A DNA stretch of 52,432 nucleotides, from the NCBI GenBank assembly GCA_050633245.1, contig JBOEGD010000044.1, positions 1 through 52,432 of the forward strand, written 5' to 3'. The position numbers and the translations under genes are program-made. The DNA is from Calditrichia bacterium. Lineage in GTDB: Bacteria; Calditrichota; Calditrichia; RBG-13-44-9; J075. The notes beneath the pieces were generated by a model that ran no database searches, was not told the origin of the DNA, and saw only the letters and a program-made list of their open reading frames with translations. Position 1 is the stretch's first letter. Every line of letters begins with the position of its first letter. Of the stretch, positions 1-10,342 are shown one piece after another.

Positions 1-1201
1 CCGTTTCATCACTGCTGCTGCCCTCGCCATACGTAGCTGCAAGACGAGCGCTTACGCCGGCAACTGTATTACGAATAACTGCACCGGTATTAAAATCCAG
101 TTCAAAAACCCCGGCGCCATTCGTGGTAAGTACGTTTCCATTGCCGAGTCGGAAAGCTGCTCGATTACCGTCAATGCCGGTTAGGGTGCGGAGTAATGTT
201 CCGTTGGCATCATATACAACGACACCGGTTTCTGGTAAGGAAAACACGCCAACCAGAACATTTCCATCAGCATCTTCAGAAATTTGTTGAGGAAAATTTG
301 TTGTTTGTCCAAAAATGTCGAGAAAGGCGCCGTTCAGATCGTAACGAAGAACATTGTCTGTATCGATGGATGTAATCAGAATATCATTTGCGCGAAATTG
401 AATATCCCATGGACTGTCGAGTCCGCCGACACCGATATCAATAAAGTTTCCCAGATAGTTACCGGCGGGATCAAACTCTGCAATAGAATTTGAGTTGGCT
501 CCAAGGGCAACAGTCGCGATAAGATTACCATTTGGTAAATAATTATGTCCACGGACATTGTTTAGCGTGTCCGGAGCGGGGCCACCAGCAGGTGCAAGTG
601 TGTCGATAAGCACTCCGGTGGCATCAAACTGCAACACCAGATCTTCAATCTGATCAGAAACAGTGATGGTTCCAGTCGGGCTTTCTCTTGCCATAAGTGG
701 AATAGACAGTGGGCCCGGTGATGGTGGAATAAAATTGGCATCTACAAGATCTCCGGTAGCATAGTCGAAAGCCATTACGCCATCGTTTGTACTTTCAGGA
801 ACGAGAACCAGGGTTGTCGCGCGCTTGGATGAGGCCGTGGCTTGGTGGCGTAGTCTGTCGCCGGCATAGTAAATGTCTGCATTGGCTAAGTCCATTGATT
901 GCTCAATTTCATTCCAGAATGCAGTACTTCCATCTTGAAGTGGGTGCGCCAAATTACGAATAACGGCATAAATGACTTCGCCGTTTTCAGTCCCCAGGGG
1001 ATACATAAACGTGCCGTTAGCGAGCATAATGTTTGAGGGTAGTCCCTGTTGTTTTGCTAGCTTTTTTGCCTGTAGCTGGACAGAAGCATCTTGCTCTGCT
1101 TCAAGCATTAACTGCTGCAAATCGATTTGTGGAACGGCAAATAGGGTGGAAAAAAACAACATGGTAAAAAACACAATAAAACTGGTGACGTGTCTTTTCA
1201 T
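1..1201 (-). CDS. Secreted beta-propeller (NHL-like repeat) protein, 3' end runs off the window
   Basis: Absent from the ORF track; translated by hand. ATG at 1201 with GGAGG RBS, signal peptide MKRHVTSFIVFFTMLFFSTLFA, open to position 1, repeats such as FDATGVLIDT, FDPAGNYLGNF, YDLNGAFLDIF, YDANGTLLRT. Confidence 0.8.
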   Translation of the reverse strand, partial: MKRHVTSFIVFFTMLFFSTLFAVPQIDLQQLMLEAEQDASVQLQAKKLAKQQGLPSNIMLANGTFMYPLGTENGEVIYAVIRNLAHPLQDGSTAFWNEIEQSMDLANADIYYAGDRLRHQATASSKRATTLVLVPESTNDGVMAFDYATGDLVDANFIPPSPGPLSIPLMARESPTGTITVSDQIEDLVLQFDATGVLIDTLAPAGGPAPDTLNNVRGHNYLPNGNLIATVALGANSNSIAEFDPAGNYLGNFIDIGVGGLDSPWDIQFRANDILITSIDTDNVLRYDLNGAFLDIFGQTTNFPQQISEDADGNVLVGVFSLPETGVVVYDANGTLLRTLTGIDGNRAAFRLGNGNVLTTNGAGVFELDFNTGAVIRNTVAGVSARLAATYGEGSSSDET

Positions 1202-1375
1202 CAGACCTCCGTGAGGTTGTGGGTAAGAGAAGCAATAACAGATGCTTCAGATTAGGGTGTTGTTATATTGAATTGCTAGTGAAATTCTGTGCAGGTGCAG
1301 GAACTATTCGCTCGGTATCATTAAAATATACAATTTTATAAGATAAATACAACGTAAGCCATATTGCCTGAAACG

Positions 1376-1407
1376 AAAAAAGCTCGCAGATAAAATCTGC
1401 GAGCTTT
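1376..1407 (-). terminator. Rho-independent terminator
   Basis: AAAGCTCGCAGAT-aaa-ATCTGCGAGCTTT hairpin with a T-run on the minus strand after the metallopeptidase gene. Confidence 0.8.
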
Positions 1408-1431
1408 GTAAAGAGTTTATAATAAGAGAGT

Positions 1432-2286
1432 CTAAAGTCTTCGTGCGTTGAAGGTATCGCCTTGCGTAACATCACCGCTTTCCAGCCCTTTGCGAAACCA
1501 GCGCATGCGCTGTTCGGCGGAGCCGTGAGTGAAGGCTTCAGGAACAACATAGCCTTGCGTGCGCTTTTGAATCATATCATCACCAACAGCGCTTGCAGCG
1601 CGAATAGCTTCTTCAAGATCGCCTTGCTCCAGAATGTTTTTCATTTTCTGAGCGTGATGTGCCCAAACACCGGCGTAGAAATCTGCCTGAAGCTCGAGTT
1701 TCACCATGTACTTGTTAAACTCTGTCTTGCTTACGCGATTGCGCATAGACATTACCTGATCGCTTACACCTAGCAGGTTTTGTACGTGGTGCCCCACCTC
1801 ATGAGCAATAACATATGCCATCGCAAAATCTCCGGGTGCCTTAAATTTGCGATTTAGTTCATCATAGAATGACAAATCGATATAGAGCTTGTAGTCTCCC
1901 GGACAATAGAACGGACCGGCTGCAGCCTGACCGTATCCACAGGCGGACTGTACGGAACCGCTGTAAAGTACCATCGTAGGCTTGCGGTAGCTTTGTCCAC
2001 TACGGCGAAACAAGTTTGCCCAGACATCTTCAGTATCTTTGAGCACAACGGATACAAATTGAGCAAGCTCTTGTTCCTGTGCATTGGGTTGATACGAGCC
2101 GCTTCCGCTGGTTTGGCTACTACTGGCCTGCTGTTGAATAATGCTGCTGGGGTCTCCTCCAAGCAGATATACCAGAAAGATTATAGCAATGGTGCCAATC
2201 CCGCCGCCTATTTTCATACCACGTCCGGCGCTGCTGCCACGACGATCTTCTACATTGGAGCTCTTTTGTCTACCTTTCCAACGCAT
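1432..2286 (-). CDS. ypfJ: Neutral zinc metallopeptidase (YpfJ/Zn_peptidase family)
   Basis: MRWKGR..SSNVEDRR N-terminus, GPFYCP, HEVGHHVQ zinc motif, ELQADFYAG, FTHGS. Confidence 0.9.
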   Translation of the reverse strand: MRWKGRQKSSNVEDRRGSSAGRGMKIGGGIGTIAIIFLVYLLGGDPSSIIQQQASSSQTSGSGSYQPNAQEQELAQFVSVVLKDTEDVWANLFRRSGQSYRKPTMVLYSGSVQSACGYGQAAAGPFYCPGDYKLYIDLSFYDELNRKFKAPGDFAMAYVIAHEVGHHVQNLLGVSDQVMSMRNRVSKTEFNKYMVKLELQADFYAGVWAHHAQKMKNILEQGDLEEAIRAASAVGDDMIQKRTQGYVVPEAFTHGSAEQRMRWFRKGLESGDVTQGDTFNARRL

Positions 2287-2491
2287 TGTGCTTACCTCTT
2301 TTTATCAGTTTTTGAAAAAACGAACTATTCTGCTGCTGCGGGCGCCTGGCAGCGAACATCAGAATATATGAAATATGTTTGAATCTGAGAAGTCTATTTT
2401 AGGAAGGTATTGATAAGGATAAAGCAACACTGGCCTCGCAGAATATCTACGAAGCCAGCAGTTGAAAAAGTTATGTTTTGTCGAAGTGGTG

Positions 2492-3547
2492 TTAGTTCTG
2501 AAAAAGCGAAGCAAATTCTCCATAACCTTCTTTTCCCAGATCCTCTTTAGGGATAAAACGCATAGAAGCAGAGTTCATGCAGTAGCGCAGTCCGGTTGGC
2601 TTTGGACCATCACTAAAAACATGGCCAAGATGTGAATCGCCATATTTGCTGCGAACTTCAGTACGCTTCATAAATAGCTTGTGGTCAGACTTTTCCACAA
2701 TGTTTTCTGAAACTAAAGGCTGATAAAAACTTGGCCAACCAGTGCCCGACTTGTATTTATGAGTAGAGGAAAAGAGCGGTTCGCCTGAGACAATGTCGAC
2801 GTAAATACCTTCACGTTTATTATCCCAGTAATCATTGTTGAAGGGACGCTCGGTACCGTCTTCCTGGGTTACTTTATACTGCAGGGAACTCAGTTTTTTG
2901 CGCAGTTCCTTGTCCGAAGGTTTGAAATATTTACCAGAGCTCATGGGTTCATTTCCCCAGTGCTTCTCGATAAATGTATCACGACCTGAACCCGTGCGGT
3001 AGCGATTGTAGTGAGCCGGATTCTTTTTGTAGTAATCCTGATGGTAGTCTTCAGCCGGGTAGAAGTTTGTAAACTCTTCAATCGGGGTTACGATAGGTTT
3101 TGAAAAACGACCTGAAGAGGCGAGTGCCTTTTTGGTCGCCTCCGCAATCTTGCGCTGCTCTTCGTTGTGATAATAGATAGCTGAGGTATAATGATGACCG
3201 CGATCGTAAAAAGAGCCGCCGTCATCTGTCGGGTCGAACTGCATCCAGAACTTGTTTAATACTTCTTCATAGGTAATAACGTTCGGATCGAAGTGAATCT
3301 GCACTGCTTCGCGATGCTGTGTGCGTCCGGAAGAAACATCTTTGTAGCTCGGGTTCGCTTTTTTACCACCGGAATAACCGGAAACAGCACGATGAACGCC
3401 TTCTGTTTTGTCGAATGGAGCTTCAATACACCAGAAACACCCACCTGCGACGGTCGCAGTTTCTAGGGTTTCTGATTTATCCTGAGCTGTCGAAAGGCCA
3501 AAAACGGCCAATCCACCCAGAACCATTAACATTAATAAGTATCGCAT
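2492..3547 (-). CDS. msrAB: Exported peptide methionine sulfoxide reductase MsrA-MsrB fusion
   Basis: Signal peptide; MsrA GGCFWC and AEDYHQDYY; Msr[21 protein letters not shown]. Confidence 0.95.
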   Translation of the reverse strand: MRYLLMLMVLGGLAVFGLSTAQDKSETLETATVAGGCFWCIEAPFDKTEGVHRAVSGYSGGKKANPSYKDVSSGRTQHREAVQIHFDPNVITYEEVLNKFWMQFDPTDDGGSFYDRGHHYTSAIYYHNEEQRKIAEATKKALASSGRFSKPIVTPIEEFTNFYPAEDYHQDYYKKNPAHYNRYRTGSGRDTFIEKHWGNEPMSSGKYFKPSDKELRKKLSSLQYKVTQEDGTERPFNNDYWDNKREGIYVDIVSGEPLFSSTHKYKSGTGWPSFYQPLVSENIVEKSDHKLFMKRTEVRSKYGDSHLGHVFSDGPKPTGLRYCMNSASMRFIPKEDLGKEGYGEFASLFQN

Positions 3548-3680
3548 TTGTATGTCCTCATTTTATTTCTAGTCTAAAAACCGGCTCTTTCTTTTATCTA
3601 ATTTAATATACGGTTAAATCGTTCCACAAATCTAACAGAGCTCTAAACTTTTTATAACAGGAATATTTTTTTGTCTTTAT

Positions 3681-3706
3681 GCAATCAAACCCTTATCTCG
3701 TTCGTT
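3681..3706 (+). promoter_or_regulatory. Possible ECF-type promoter for the thioredoxin-sigma operon
   Basis: GCAATC-N16-CGTT about 50 bp upstream of the 3759 ATG; resemblance to ECF consensus only. Confidence 0.35.
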
Positions 3707-3758
3707 ACTCATACGTAAACATAATCCGAATAACCTACATTTAGGAAGGAAAATCATT

Positions 3759-4196
3759 ATGGTAGCCAAGTTGAGAAATGCTTTTATATTATTGCTTCTG
3801 TCGGCAGCAATCTTTACCATTCAAGCCGGAGAAAAAGATGAAACTGCGGACGCGACACCAGCGGTTATCGCTGTGAAATTTCATGCAGACTGGTGTGGTT
3901 CATGTAAGGCAATGGGTGGTGTTTTTGAAGAACTACAGGCCAAATTTGATACCCAGCCTGTGCTATATGTTACACTCGATCATACTCGTGACTTTAACCG
4001 ACAGCAGTCAAAATTTATGGCGCAGTCTTTAGGACTCGATAATGTATGGGCAAAATATGGCGGCAAAACCGGGTTTATTTTGTTGATTGACGGCAACACG
4101 CGCGAAGTGCTCGGCACATTTAAGTCCACACAAACGTTGAAGCAAATGGGCGCCGAATTAACGGCAATAGTAGATAAGATTACTGACGCTGGTTAA
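3759..4196 (+). CDS. Exported thioredoxin-like protein
   Basis: Signal peptide, FHADWCGSC CxxC motif. Confidence 0.85.
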   Translation: MVAKLRNAFILLLLSAAIFTIQAGEKDETADATPAVIAVKFHADWCGSCKAMGGVFEELQAKFDTQPVLYVTLDHTRDFNRQQSKFMAQSLGLDNVWAKYGGKTGFILLIDGNTREVLGTFKSTQTLKQMGAELTAIVDKITDAG

Positions 4197-4263
4197 ACAA
4201 TGCTCGTTAATTATCAGTTGTCATTAAGTAGCTTCCCTATTCAGGGAGTGTCATGAGGATTAG

Positions 4264-4767
4264 ATGAACCAGGCCGATTTTGATATTGAAGAACTCCTGC
4301 AGCGTGGCTTTCGCTATGCCTTTTCTCTCACCCATAACAAAATGGATGCGGAAGAGCTTGTGCAGGAGGCCTGCTATTCGATAAGCCGACTAGGCGGTCC
4401 CTGGAATATTCCCTATCTTTTTAAATCTATTCGCAATCGCTACATTGATGCCGGAAGGCGAAGCAATTTGCTGCATTTTGAGGCATTGGATCATCAGGTT
4501 TTGGAAGACTCCTCTGAGCTTTCACAAATGGATGAGCAAAATTTTGATGACCGAATGAGTGATGCACTCCATGAGCTGGCCGACGGTGAACGTGAACTCC
4601 TCTTTCTAAAAGTTGTGGAAGGATATACTGCCAATGAATTGAGTGAGATTACTGGCAGTCCGCGTGGCACGATTCTTAGTAAGCTGCATCGAACTAAAAA
4701 TAAGCTGCGTTATATTCTTGGTCGCAGTGAACCGGGTAAAACAAAGGCGGCATCGCATGACAGATAA
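4264..4767 (+). CDS. ECF RNA polymerase sigma factor
   Basis: Region 2 DAEELVQEA, region 4 EGYTANELSEITGSPRGTILSKLHR. Confidence 0.9.
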   Translation: MNQADFDIEELLQRGFRYAFSLTHNKMDAEELVQEACYSISRLGGPWNIPYLFKSIRNRYIDAGRRSNLLHFEALDHQVLEDSSELSQMDEQNFDDRMSDALHELADGERELLFLKVVEGYTANELSEITGSPRGTILSKLHRTKNKLRYILGRSEPGKTKAASHDR

Positions 4768-5377
4768 TTTTGAGCGCCTGGATAAGAACGTAGATAAGTT
4801 CTATCGTTCCAAGGAAATGTCTTCCGAGATGATGGAACATCTTAAGAAAACGATCGAAGGGAAGCATACAGTTGATGCTTCTCCCGAATCTGTTCCCGGA
4901 CGAGATGGTTACTATGTACGCCAATATATGGCTGTTGCTGCTATTTTTTTCCTATTGTTTGGCTTCTATATTGTTCAAAGTTATGCTTCAAACCGCTGGC
5001 AGGAAGATGTCTCTCGTCAAGTGGCCAAGAATCATTTGAAGGCTTTGGAGATGGAGCATCGAACAAACGATTATGAAGTACTTGCCGAAGCACTCGGTAA
5101 GCTGGACTTTGCTCTTGTGGCTCCAAATTTTTCCAATGAGGGCTATCAATTGCTGGGAGGCCGATATTGTTCGATTGATCAGCAAATTGCGGCACAAATA
5201 AATTTAAAGAATATGGCTGGCGAGCGTTGTACCCTCTATCAGTTTAAGCTGCCGGTTAATTTACTTGCTCGTTTCCCCGATCGTCGAACGCTGAAGGTTG
5301 ATGGGCTTACGGTTGAGCTCTGGAAAGAGAACGGTTTGGGAATGGGATTAGCGTATTCTGACGGTGGTGGACGCTGA
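4757..5377 (+). CDS. Putative membrane anti-sigma factor
   Basis: ATG at 4757 overlaps the sigma stop; single TM helix; periplasmic domain with VAKNH and LLGGRYCSI. Confidence 0.7.
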   Translation: MTDNFERLDKNVDKFYRSKEMSSEMMEHLKKTIEGKHTVDASPESVPGRDGYYVRQYMAVAAIFFLLFGFYIVQSYASNRWQEDVSRQVAKNHLKALEMEHRTNDYEVLAEALGKLDFALVAPNFSNEGYQLLGGRYCSIDQQIAAQINLKNMAGERCTLYQFKLPVNLLARFPDRRTLKVDGLTVELWKENGLGMGLAYSDGGGR

Positions 5378-5388
5378 CGGCTCGCAGG

Positions 5389-6288
5389 TTAATTCGCACT
5401 TCGATTATCATTGGGTTCGATATGAACCAGTACTTCATGAATATTGAGCTCGGATTGCTTTAGGGCATCAGCGACTTTATGCGCGACACTATGCCCATCG
5501 CGAACACTCATCGCACCATCTACCTCTACATGAATATCAACGAAATAACCGAATCCACTTTTACGCATTCGGCACGTTTCAATATCGTATACTCCCTGAA
5601 CATTTTGTGAAATTTCTCTGGCGCGCTGCGCGACTTCAGGAGGTGCGGTTTCGTCCATAATGTCCGAGATTGAAGTTTTAAATAAGAGGTAGCCATTGTA
5701 GCCGATAACACCACATGCTACAAGTGCACACCAGTCATCCGCACTTTCATAGCCCGGCCCGGCAAGAAGAGCGAATGAGATTCCGATAAAAGCGGCTAGT
5801 GAAGTAAGGGCATCGGAACGTTGGTGCCAGGCATCTACTTTTAGTGCCGTGCTGTCAATGGATTCTCCTACATTGTAAACGAAACGAAATAAGAACTCCT
5901 TGGTAATAATAACGCCAATCAGAACAATTAGCGTGAATGGTGCGGGAGTCAGGTGGGGAGTAAGAATTTCTCGAACACTTTGAATAGCTATTCCAATTGC
6001 AGCTCCAATCAAAACGAAAGCCACAACAATTGCAGCCAGGGCTTCTGCTTTTCCATGTCCATAAGGATGACGTTCGTCGGGGGGCTGTGCTGCCAGCTTC
6101 AGGCCATTCCAGACGACGATTGAACTGAAAATATCAAGCGCAGATTCAATACCATCAGCAATTAACGCATAAGAGTGTCCGACCACGCCAGCCAGGATTT
6201 TTATGACGGCGAGAAACGCATTAATAGACACACCAATTACAATGCTGCGACGCCCCTCACTGAAGCGCTGATGATTTTGGTCTGACAA
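5389..6288 (-). CDS. Cation diffusion facilitator (FieF-like) transporter
   Basis: ALIADGIES, PPDERHPYGHGKAE, DAWHQRSD, C-terminal VLVHIEP. Confidence 0.92.
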   Translation of the reverse strand: MSDQNHQRFSEGRRSIVIGVSINAFLAVIKILAGVVGHSYALIADGIESALDIFSSIVVWNGLKLAAQPPDERHPYGHGKAEALAAIVVAFVLIGAAIGIAIQSVREILTPHLTPAPFTLIVLIGVIITKEFLFRFVYNVGESIDSTALKVDAWHQRSDALTSLAAFIGISFALLAGPGYESADDWCALVACGVIGYNGYLLFKTSISDIMDETAPPEVAQRAREISQNVQGVYDIETCRMRKSGFGYFVDIHVEVDGAMSVRDGHSVAHKVADALKQSELNIHEVLVHIEPNDNRSAN

Positions 6289-6303
6289 ACGTGTTGCCTC
6301 TGC

Positions 6304-6819
6304 TTACTTTTCTTCCAATTGTTCCGTCTCTGCTGCTTCATCCAGTTGCGAAGAAGAGTCTGAAGCTGCTTGATGTTCTGCCATAGCGTTCATTAGCACT
6401 AATTGAAGCTCCTGCATATTATCTTGAACGCGCTGTTGACCAATCTTCATCGATTTTGCCATCACATCCGGCATGACGGTGATCGCTTTCTCACCCACTG
6501 GCGTTGCGTAAAAATCTGAGATGGTATTAAGCTCATCTTCGGTAAAGGATTCTACATATAGAGCAATTAAATCGTTTTTGACGCTTTTGTAGCTGATATA
6601 TTTTTCGAAGAACGCTTCCATTGCGCTACGCATTGGTGCCATTTTGGGATCCGCTTCCATCTGTAGATCGAGCATGTTCTCCATTGTGGCATCCATCAGT
6701 TGCTCGGACTTTGTCGCTTCCAAAAGTCTCTCGGCTGCTTTTTCATGGCTGGTCATTTCCTGAGCCTGTAGCGTTAGGCCAAGTAAAAGCAGCATAAAAA
6801 TAATTGAGATTCGCTTCAT
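6304..6819 (-). CDS. DUF2059-like exported protein
   Basis: Signal peptide; YVESFTEDELNTISDFYATPVGEK motif. Confidence 0.75.
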   Translation of the reverse strand: MKRISIIFMLLLLGLTLQAQEMTSHEKAAERLLEATKSEQLMDATMENMLDLQMEADPKMAPMRSAMEAFFEKYISYKSVKNDLIALYVESFTEDELNTISDFYATPVGEKAITVMPDVMAKSMKIGQQRVQDNMQELQLVLMNAMAEHQAASDSSSQLDEAAETEQLEEK

Positions 6820-6828
6820 ATTTTCCCC

Positions 6829-7497
6829 TTAGTCCCGATTGAATTGACTTAGATAATGAATAAATGGTTGCTGGATAGTAAATCCTTTTACCACCATCTT
6901 ATGAAATGTATCTGATGTTACGTCGTTGTCATTTACACGATGCATAACTGTTACATGTTTTAAGCGCAGCAGTTCGATCTCCGGGTGATCTTTTGCAAAA
7001 CCGCGAGGCGCAGTTTTGAGTTTCTCCCCATCTGGTGTACCATAGTATTCTTTGAATTTACTGCTATTCAGAATTTTTTTGAAATCTGTTGAGTTTTCTG
7101 CAATGGCTTCCCGAAAGCCGGCGAGACGTTTGGGCTCTGGCATATAAAGTCCACCTGCAATAAAGGACTCATTGTTTGGTTGAATATGCAGATAATATGG
7201 TGGTAAAGACGAGCGTCTGCCTTCTCGGGAAATTGAGGCTCCCATATTGGTTTTGTAGGGAGATTTGTTTTTTGAGAAACGCACGTCGCGATAGATTCGA
7301 AAAAGGCAGCTTTTGGCGCGAATTCCACCGAGATCTTCCACCAGGGAAAAATCTTCGATTATGCCGTCGACAAAGGCCTCGAACGTTTGTTTTGCATCTT
7401 CGAAACGTTTCTTGTTGTCCTGAAACCATTCACGATTATTGTTGGCTTCCAAGTCTTTTAGGAACTTGAGTACTGGTTTTAAGTTCTCTTTGGCCAT
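6829..7497 (-). CDS. DUF2461 family protein
   Basis: FLKDLEANNNREWF, FRIYRDVRFSKNKSPYK, LKTAPRGF. Confidence 0.9.
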   Translation of the reverse strand: MAKENLKPVLKFLKDLEANNNREWFQDNKKRFEDAKQTFEAFVDGIIEDFSLVEDLGGIRAKSCLFRIYRDVRFSKNKSPYKTNMGASISREGRRSSLPPYYLHIQPNNESFIAGGLYMPEPKRLAGFREAIAENSTDFKKILNSSKFKEYYGTPDGEKLKTAPRGFAKDHPEIELLRLKHVTVMHRVNDNDVTSDTFHKMVVKGFTIQQPFIHYLSQFNRD

Positions 7498-7520
7498 AGA
7501 TCCTCCGTTTATTTAATTTA

Positions 7521-7578
7521 AATAAGGCAATAAGGCAATAAGGCAATAAGGCAATAAGGCAATAAGGCAATAAGGCAA
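7521..7578. repeat. Tandem 8-mer (AATAAGGC)x7
   Basis: Seven perfect copies read directly; intergenic. Confidence 0.97.
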
Positions 7579-7619
7579 ATTTTTTCTGGATATTGTTTAA
7601 GGCAAGTGACAAATTCCGC

Positions 7620-8069
7620 TCACCGCTTCGCCTTGTTAAGAATGCGATCCAGGCTATTGGCGAACTCCTGAACATCTTTTTGGCTTTGCTTTTTTGGACC
7701 GCCGGTTTGTACACCACTTTCCCGAAGCTGTTCCATAAAGTTTCGTACGCTTAGACGAGAACGAACGTTTTCTTCTGTCAGAAGTTCACCACGCGGGTCG
7801 AGAACCGTTGCTCCCTTGGTAATTACTTCAGCTGCGAGTGGAATATCTGCGGTTATAACCAAATCATTCTTTTCGACATGCTTGACAATCTCGCCATCGG
7901 CTACATCGAACCCGGCAGGAACCAGGATAAAATCTATTAAATCGTCGCGTGGAATACGCATCGGCTGATTTGCGACCAGCGTGAGTTTGGTTTCTGTACG
8001 TTTTGCAGCGCGAAAAAGGATGTCCTTAACTGCAATAGGACAGGCATCGGCATCGACCCATATGTGCAT
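7620..8069 (-). CDS. yaiI: YaiI/YqxD family (DUF188) protein
   Basis: [20 protein letters not shown]. Confidence 0.9.
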   Translation of the reverse strand: MHIWVDADACPIAVKDILFRAAKRTETKLTLVANQPMRIPRDDLIDFILVPAGFDVADGEIVKHVEKNDLVITADIPLAAEVITKGATVLDPRGELLTEENVRSRLSVRNFMEQLRESGVQTGGPKKQSQKDVQEFANSLDRILNKAKR

Positions 8070-8149
8070 GGTGTTCCAGCTTTGTTTATGAAATAGTAAG
8101 ATATAAACAGCTAAGTTTTTTGGGGGAAATCAAGTGAAAAGGGAAACTC

Positions 8150-8186
8150 AAAAAAAGCTTCCTGCCGCTCATTAGAGCGGCAGGAA
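8150..8186 (-). terminator. Rho-independent terminator
   Basis: TTCCTGCCGCTC-atta-GAGCGGCAGGAA stem followed by a T-run on the minus strand. Confidence 0.85.
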
Positions 8187-8197
8187 AAAGTATTTAT

Positions 8198-9832
8198 TTA
8201 AGCGACAACTGCAGCGTTCAGCTCTTTACGGCGCTGTTGCGTTTGCTCAGATTCCATGTATTCTTCAAATGTTGACATGCGATCAATTATACCATTCGGT
8301 GTAAGTTCGATAACGCGGTTGGTTACCGTACGCATTAATTGAAGGTCGTGCGAAGTAAAAATAATGCATCCCGGAAAATCTACCATCGCCGTGTTAAGAG
8401 CGGTTACAGATTCAAGATCCAGGTGGTTTGTTGGCTCGTCCATTAGCAGGAAGTTTGGCTCGTTGAGCATGATCTTCGAAAGCATGCAGCGAACTTTCTC
8501 GCCACCAGACAATACGCTGGATTTTTTATGAACCTCATCTCCGCGAAAGAACATACGTCCAAGGAATCCGCGGATAAACTGCTCATCTTTTTCTGTGGAA
8601 TACTGGCGCAGCCAGTTTACGAGATCGAGATCATTGTCATTGGAAAAGAATTCTTGATTCTCGTTTGGCAGATAATCTAGTTTGATTGTCTGTCCAAAGG
8701 ATATTTCTCCGCTATCGGGAGCTACCTTGCCAGCAAGCACATCGAAGAATGCCGTTAGTGCAGCTGTCTCGTTACAGAGTAATCCAACTTTGTCACCGTG
8801 GTTCAACACAAAAGAGACATCGCTGAAAAGCACATTGCCATCAGGGTCCTTTTTGGAAACATTTTCGACCTTCAATATTTGGTCGCCCGGCTCACGCTCA
8901 GGAACAAACTTGATGTAGGGATACTTGCGGGTGGAAATTTTCAGATCGTCGACGGTTAGCTTTTCCAATGCTTTCTTGCGGCTTGTAGCCTGCTTAGATT
9001 TTGAGGCATTGGCGCTAAAGCGGCGAATAAAGTCCTGCAGTTCTTTGCGTTGCGTTTCCACTTTTTTGTTTTTGTCATCACGTTGACGTTTTAATAACTG
9101 ACTGGACTCGTACCAGAAGGTGTAGTTTCCAGTAAATATTTGAGCTTTGCCAAAATCGATGTCCACAACATGTGTGCAGACCATGTCCAGAAAATATCGA
9201 TCGTGAGATACGACAATAACCGTATTTCGGAAGTCTGCCAGGAAATCGGCCAACCACGCTGCTGTTTTGGCATCCACGTCATTTGTGGGCTCATCCAGCA
9301 GCAGGATGTCTGGTTCGCCAAATAGTGCTTGAGCGAGAAGAACCTTAACTTTTTCCGGTCCACTGATGTCTTTCATCAGCTTGTCGTGCAGGTCTTCAGT
9401 AACGCCGAGGTTGCTCAGTAACTCTGCAGCATCGCTATCGGCAGTCCAGCCACCCATCTCTCCAAAAGTGTTTTCAAGCTCCGCTGCGCGAAGTCCGTCT
9501 TCATCAGTGGCGTCGGGATTCATGTAGATAGCATCCTTTTCCATCATGATGTCATACATCCCCTTATGCCCCATAATTACCACATCGACGACGCGAATCT
9601 CATCGAACTCAAAGTGGTTCTGTTTCAGCACAGCCATGCGATTACCCGGTGCTATTTCAACACCTCCGCGTGACGGATCGAGTTCACCACTCAGGATTTT
9701 CAAAAATGTGGACTTTCCAGCGCCATTAGCGCCAATAACGCCATAACAGTTTCCACGGGTAAACTTAAGGTTTACCTCATCAAAAAGAACTCGTGATCCA
9801 TACTGTAGGGCGAGATCATTCGTAGTTATCAT
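8198..9832 (-). CDS. ABC-F family ribosome-associated ATPase (YbiT/YkpA-like)
   Basis: Two ABC cassettes (GANGAGKST, LLLDEPTN, LSGGE, DEPTNHLD), no TM segments; start set to MITTNDL. Confidence 0.9.
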   Translation of the reverse strand: MITTNDLALQYGSRVLFDEVNLKFTRGNCYGVIGANGAGKSTFLKILSGELDPSRGGVEIAPGNRMAVLKQNHFEFDEIRVVDVVIMGHKGMYDIMMEKDAIYMNPDATDEDGLRAAELENTFGEMGGWTADSDAAELLSNLGVTEDLHDKLMKDISGPEKVKVLLAQALFGEPDILLLDEPTNDVDAKTAAWLADFLADFRNTVIVVSHDRYFLDMVCTHVVDIDFGKAQIFTGNYTFWYESSQLLKRQRDDKNKKVETQRKELQDFIRRFSANASKSKQATSRKKALEKLTVDDLKISTRKYPYIKFVPEREPGDQILKVENVSKKDPDGNVLFSDVSFVLNHGDKVGLLCNETAALTAFFDVLAGKVAPDSGEISFGQTIKLDYLPNENQEFFSNDNDLDLVNWLRQYSTEKDEQFIRGFLGRMFFRGDEVHKKSSVLSGGEKVRCMLSKIMLNEPNFLLMDEPTNHLDLESVTALNTAMVDFPGCIIFTSHDLQLMRTVTNRVIELTPNGIIDRMSTFEEYMESEQTQQRRKELNAAVVA

Positions 9833-9946
9833 ATTGTTCACTTCTATCTTTAGAATTACAGACATGGGATATTACGATTACCCCGATTTTAAACAGCTTC
9901 AAAGTTACAATATGGATTGGCGTTTTGAAAAACATTTTTCAGATAC

Positions 9947-10174
9947 TTAAAAGAGGCTGCGACCAAGCATGATCGGTAGCAGGATATACAAAAATGTATC
10001 GCGAACCAGATAGTAACAAAAGATGATTGCGAAGAACTTTTTACCTCTTTGGCGTGCCAATTCCCTGAAGCCAGATTTCTTAATAATAACAATGCTGTCC
10101 CAAATAAAGTGTTTGTAGAGACGGAATAAAAAAGTTGTGCGAATTCCTGAGTAAACAAATGCGATAGCTTTCAT
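9947..10174 (-). CDS. Small basic membrane protein, hypothetical
   Basis: 75-aa ORF with hydrophobic C-terminus FFAIIFCYYLVRDTFLYILLP. Confidence 0.5.
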   Translation of the reverse strand: MKAIAFVYSGIRTTFLFRLYKHFIWDSIVIIKKSGFRELARQRGKKFFAIIFCYYLVRDTFLYILLPIMLGRSLF

Positions 10175-10342
10175 GTTCTTCTTCCCATATCGGTTGTTGT
10201 TGTGTTTGTTTGATAGCAATATCGAATTTATCGACTCGAAAATCTTTTAACTATGGTGCATATGTTTGTAATTATGTACAAAACGGCGTGTTTTTGGTGC
10301 TGTGGGTGGGTTTTTTAGAGAAAAAAATCAAAAAAACTCTAT

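Noticed and set aside
2431-2458. Imperfect hairpin after msrAB
   Set aside because: Two stem mismatches and a weak T-tail; not confident enough to call a terminator
7436-7717. ORF containing ALLPYCLI repeats
   Set aside because: Translation of the 8-mer repeat; overlaps real genes at both ends
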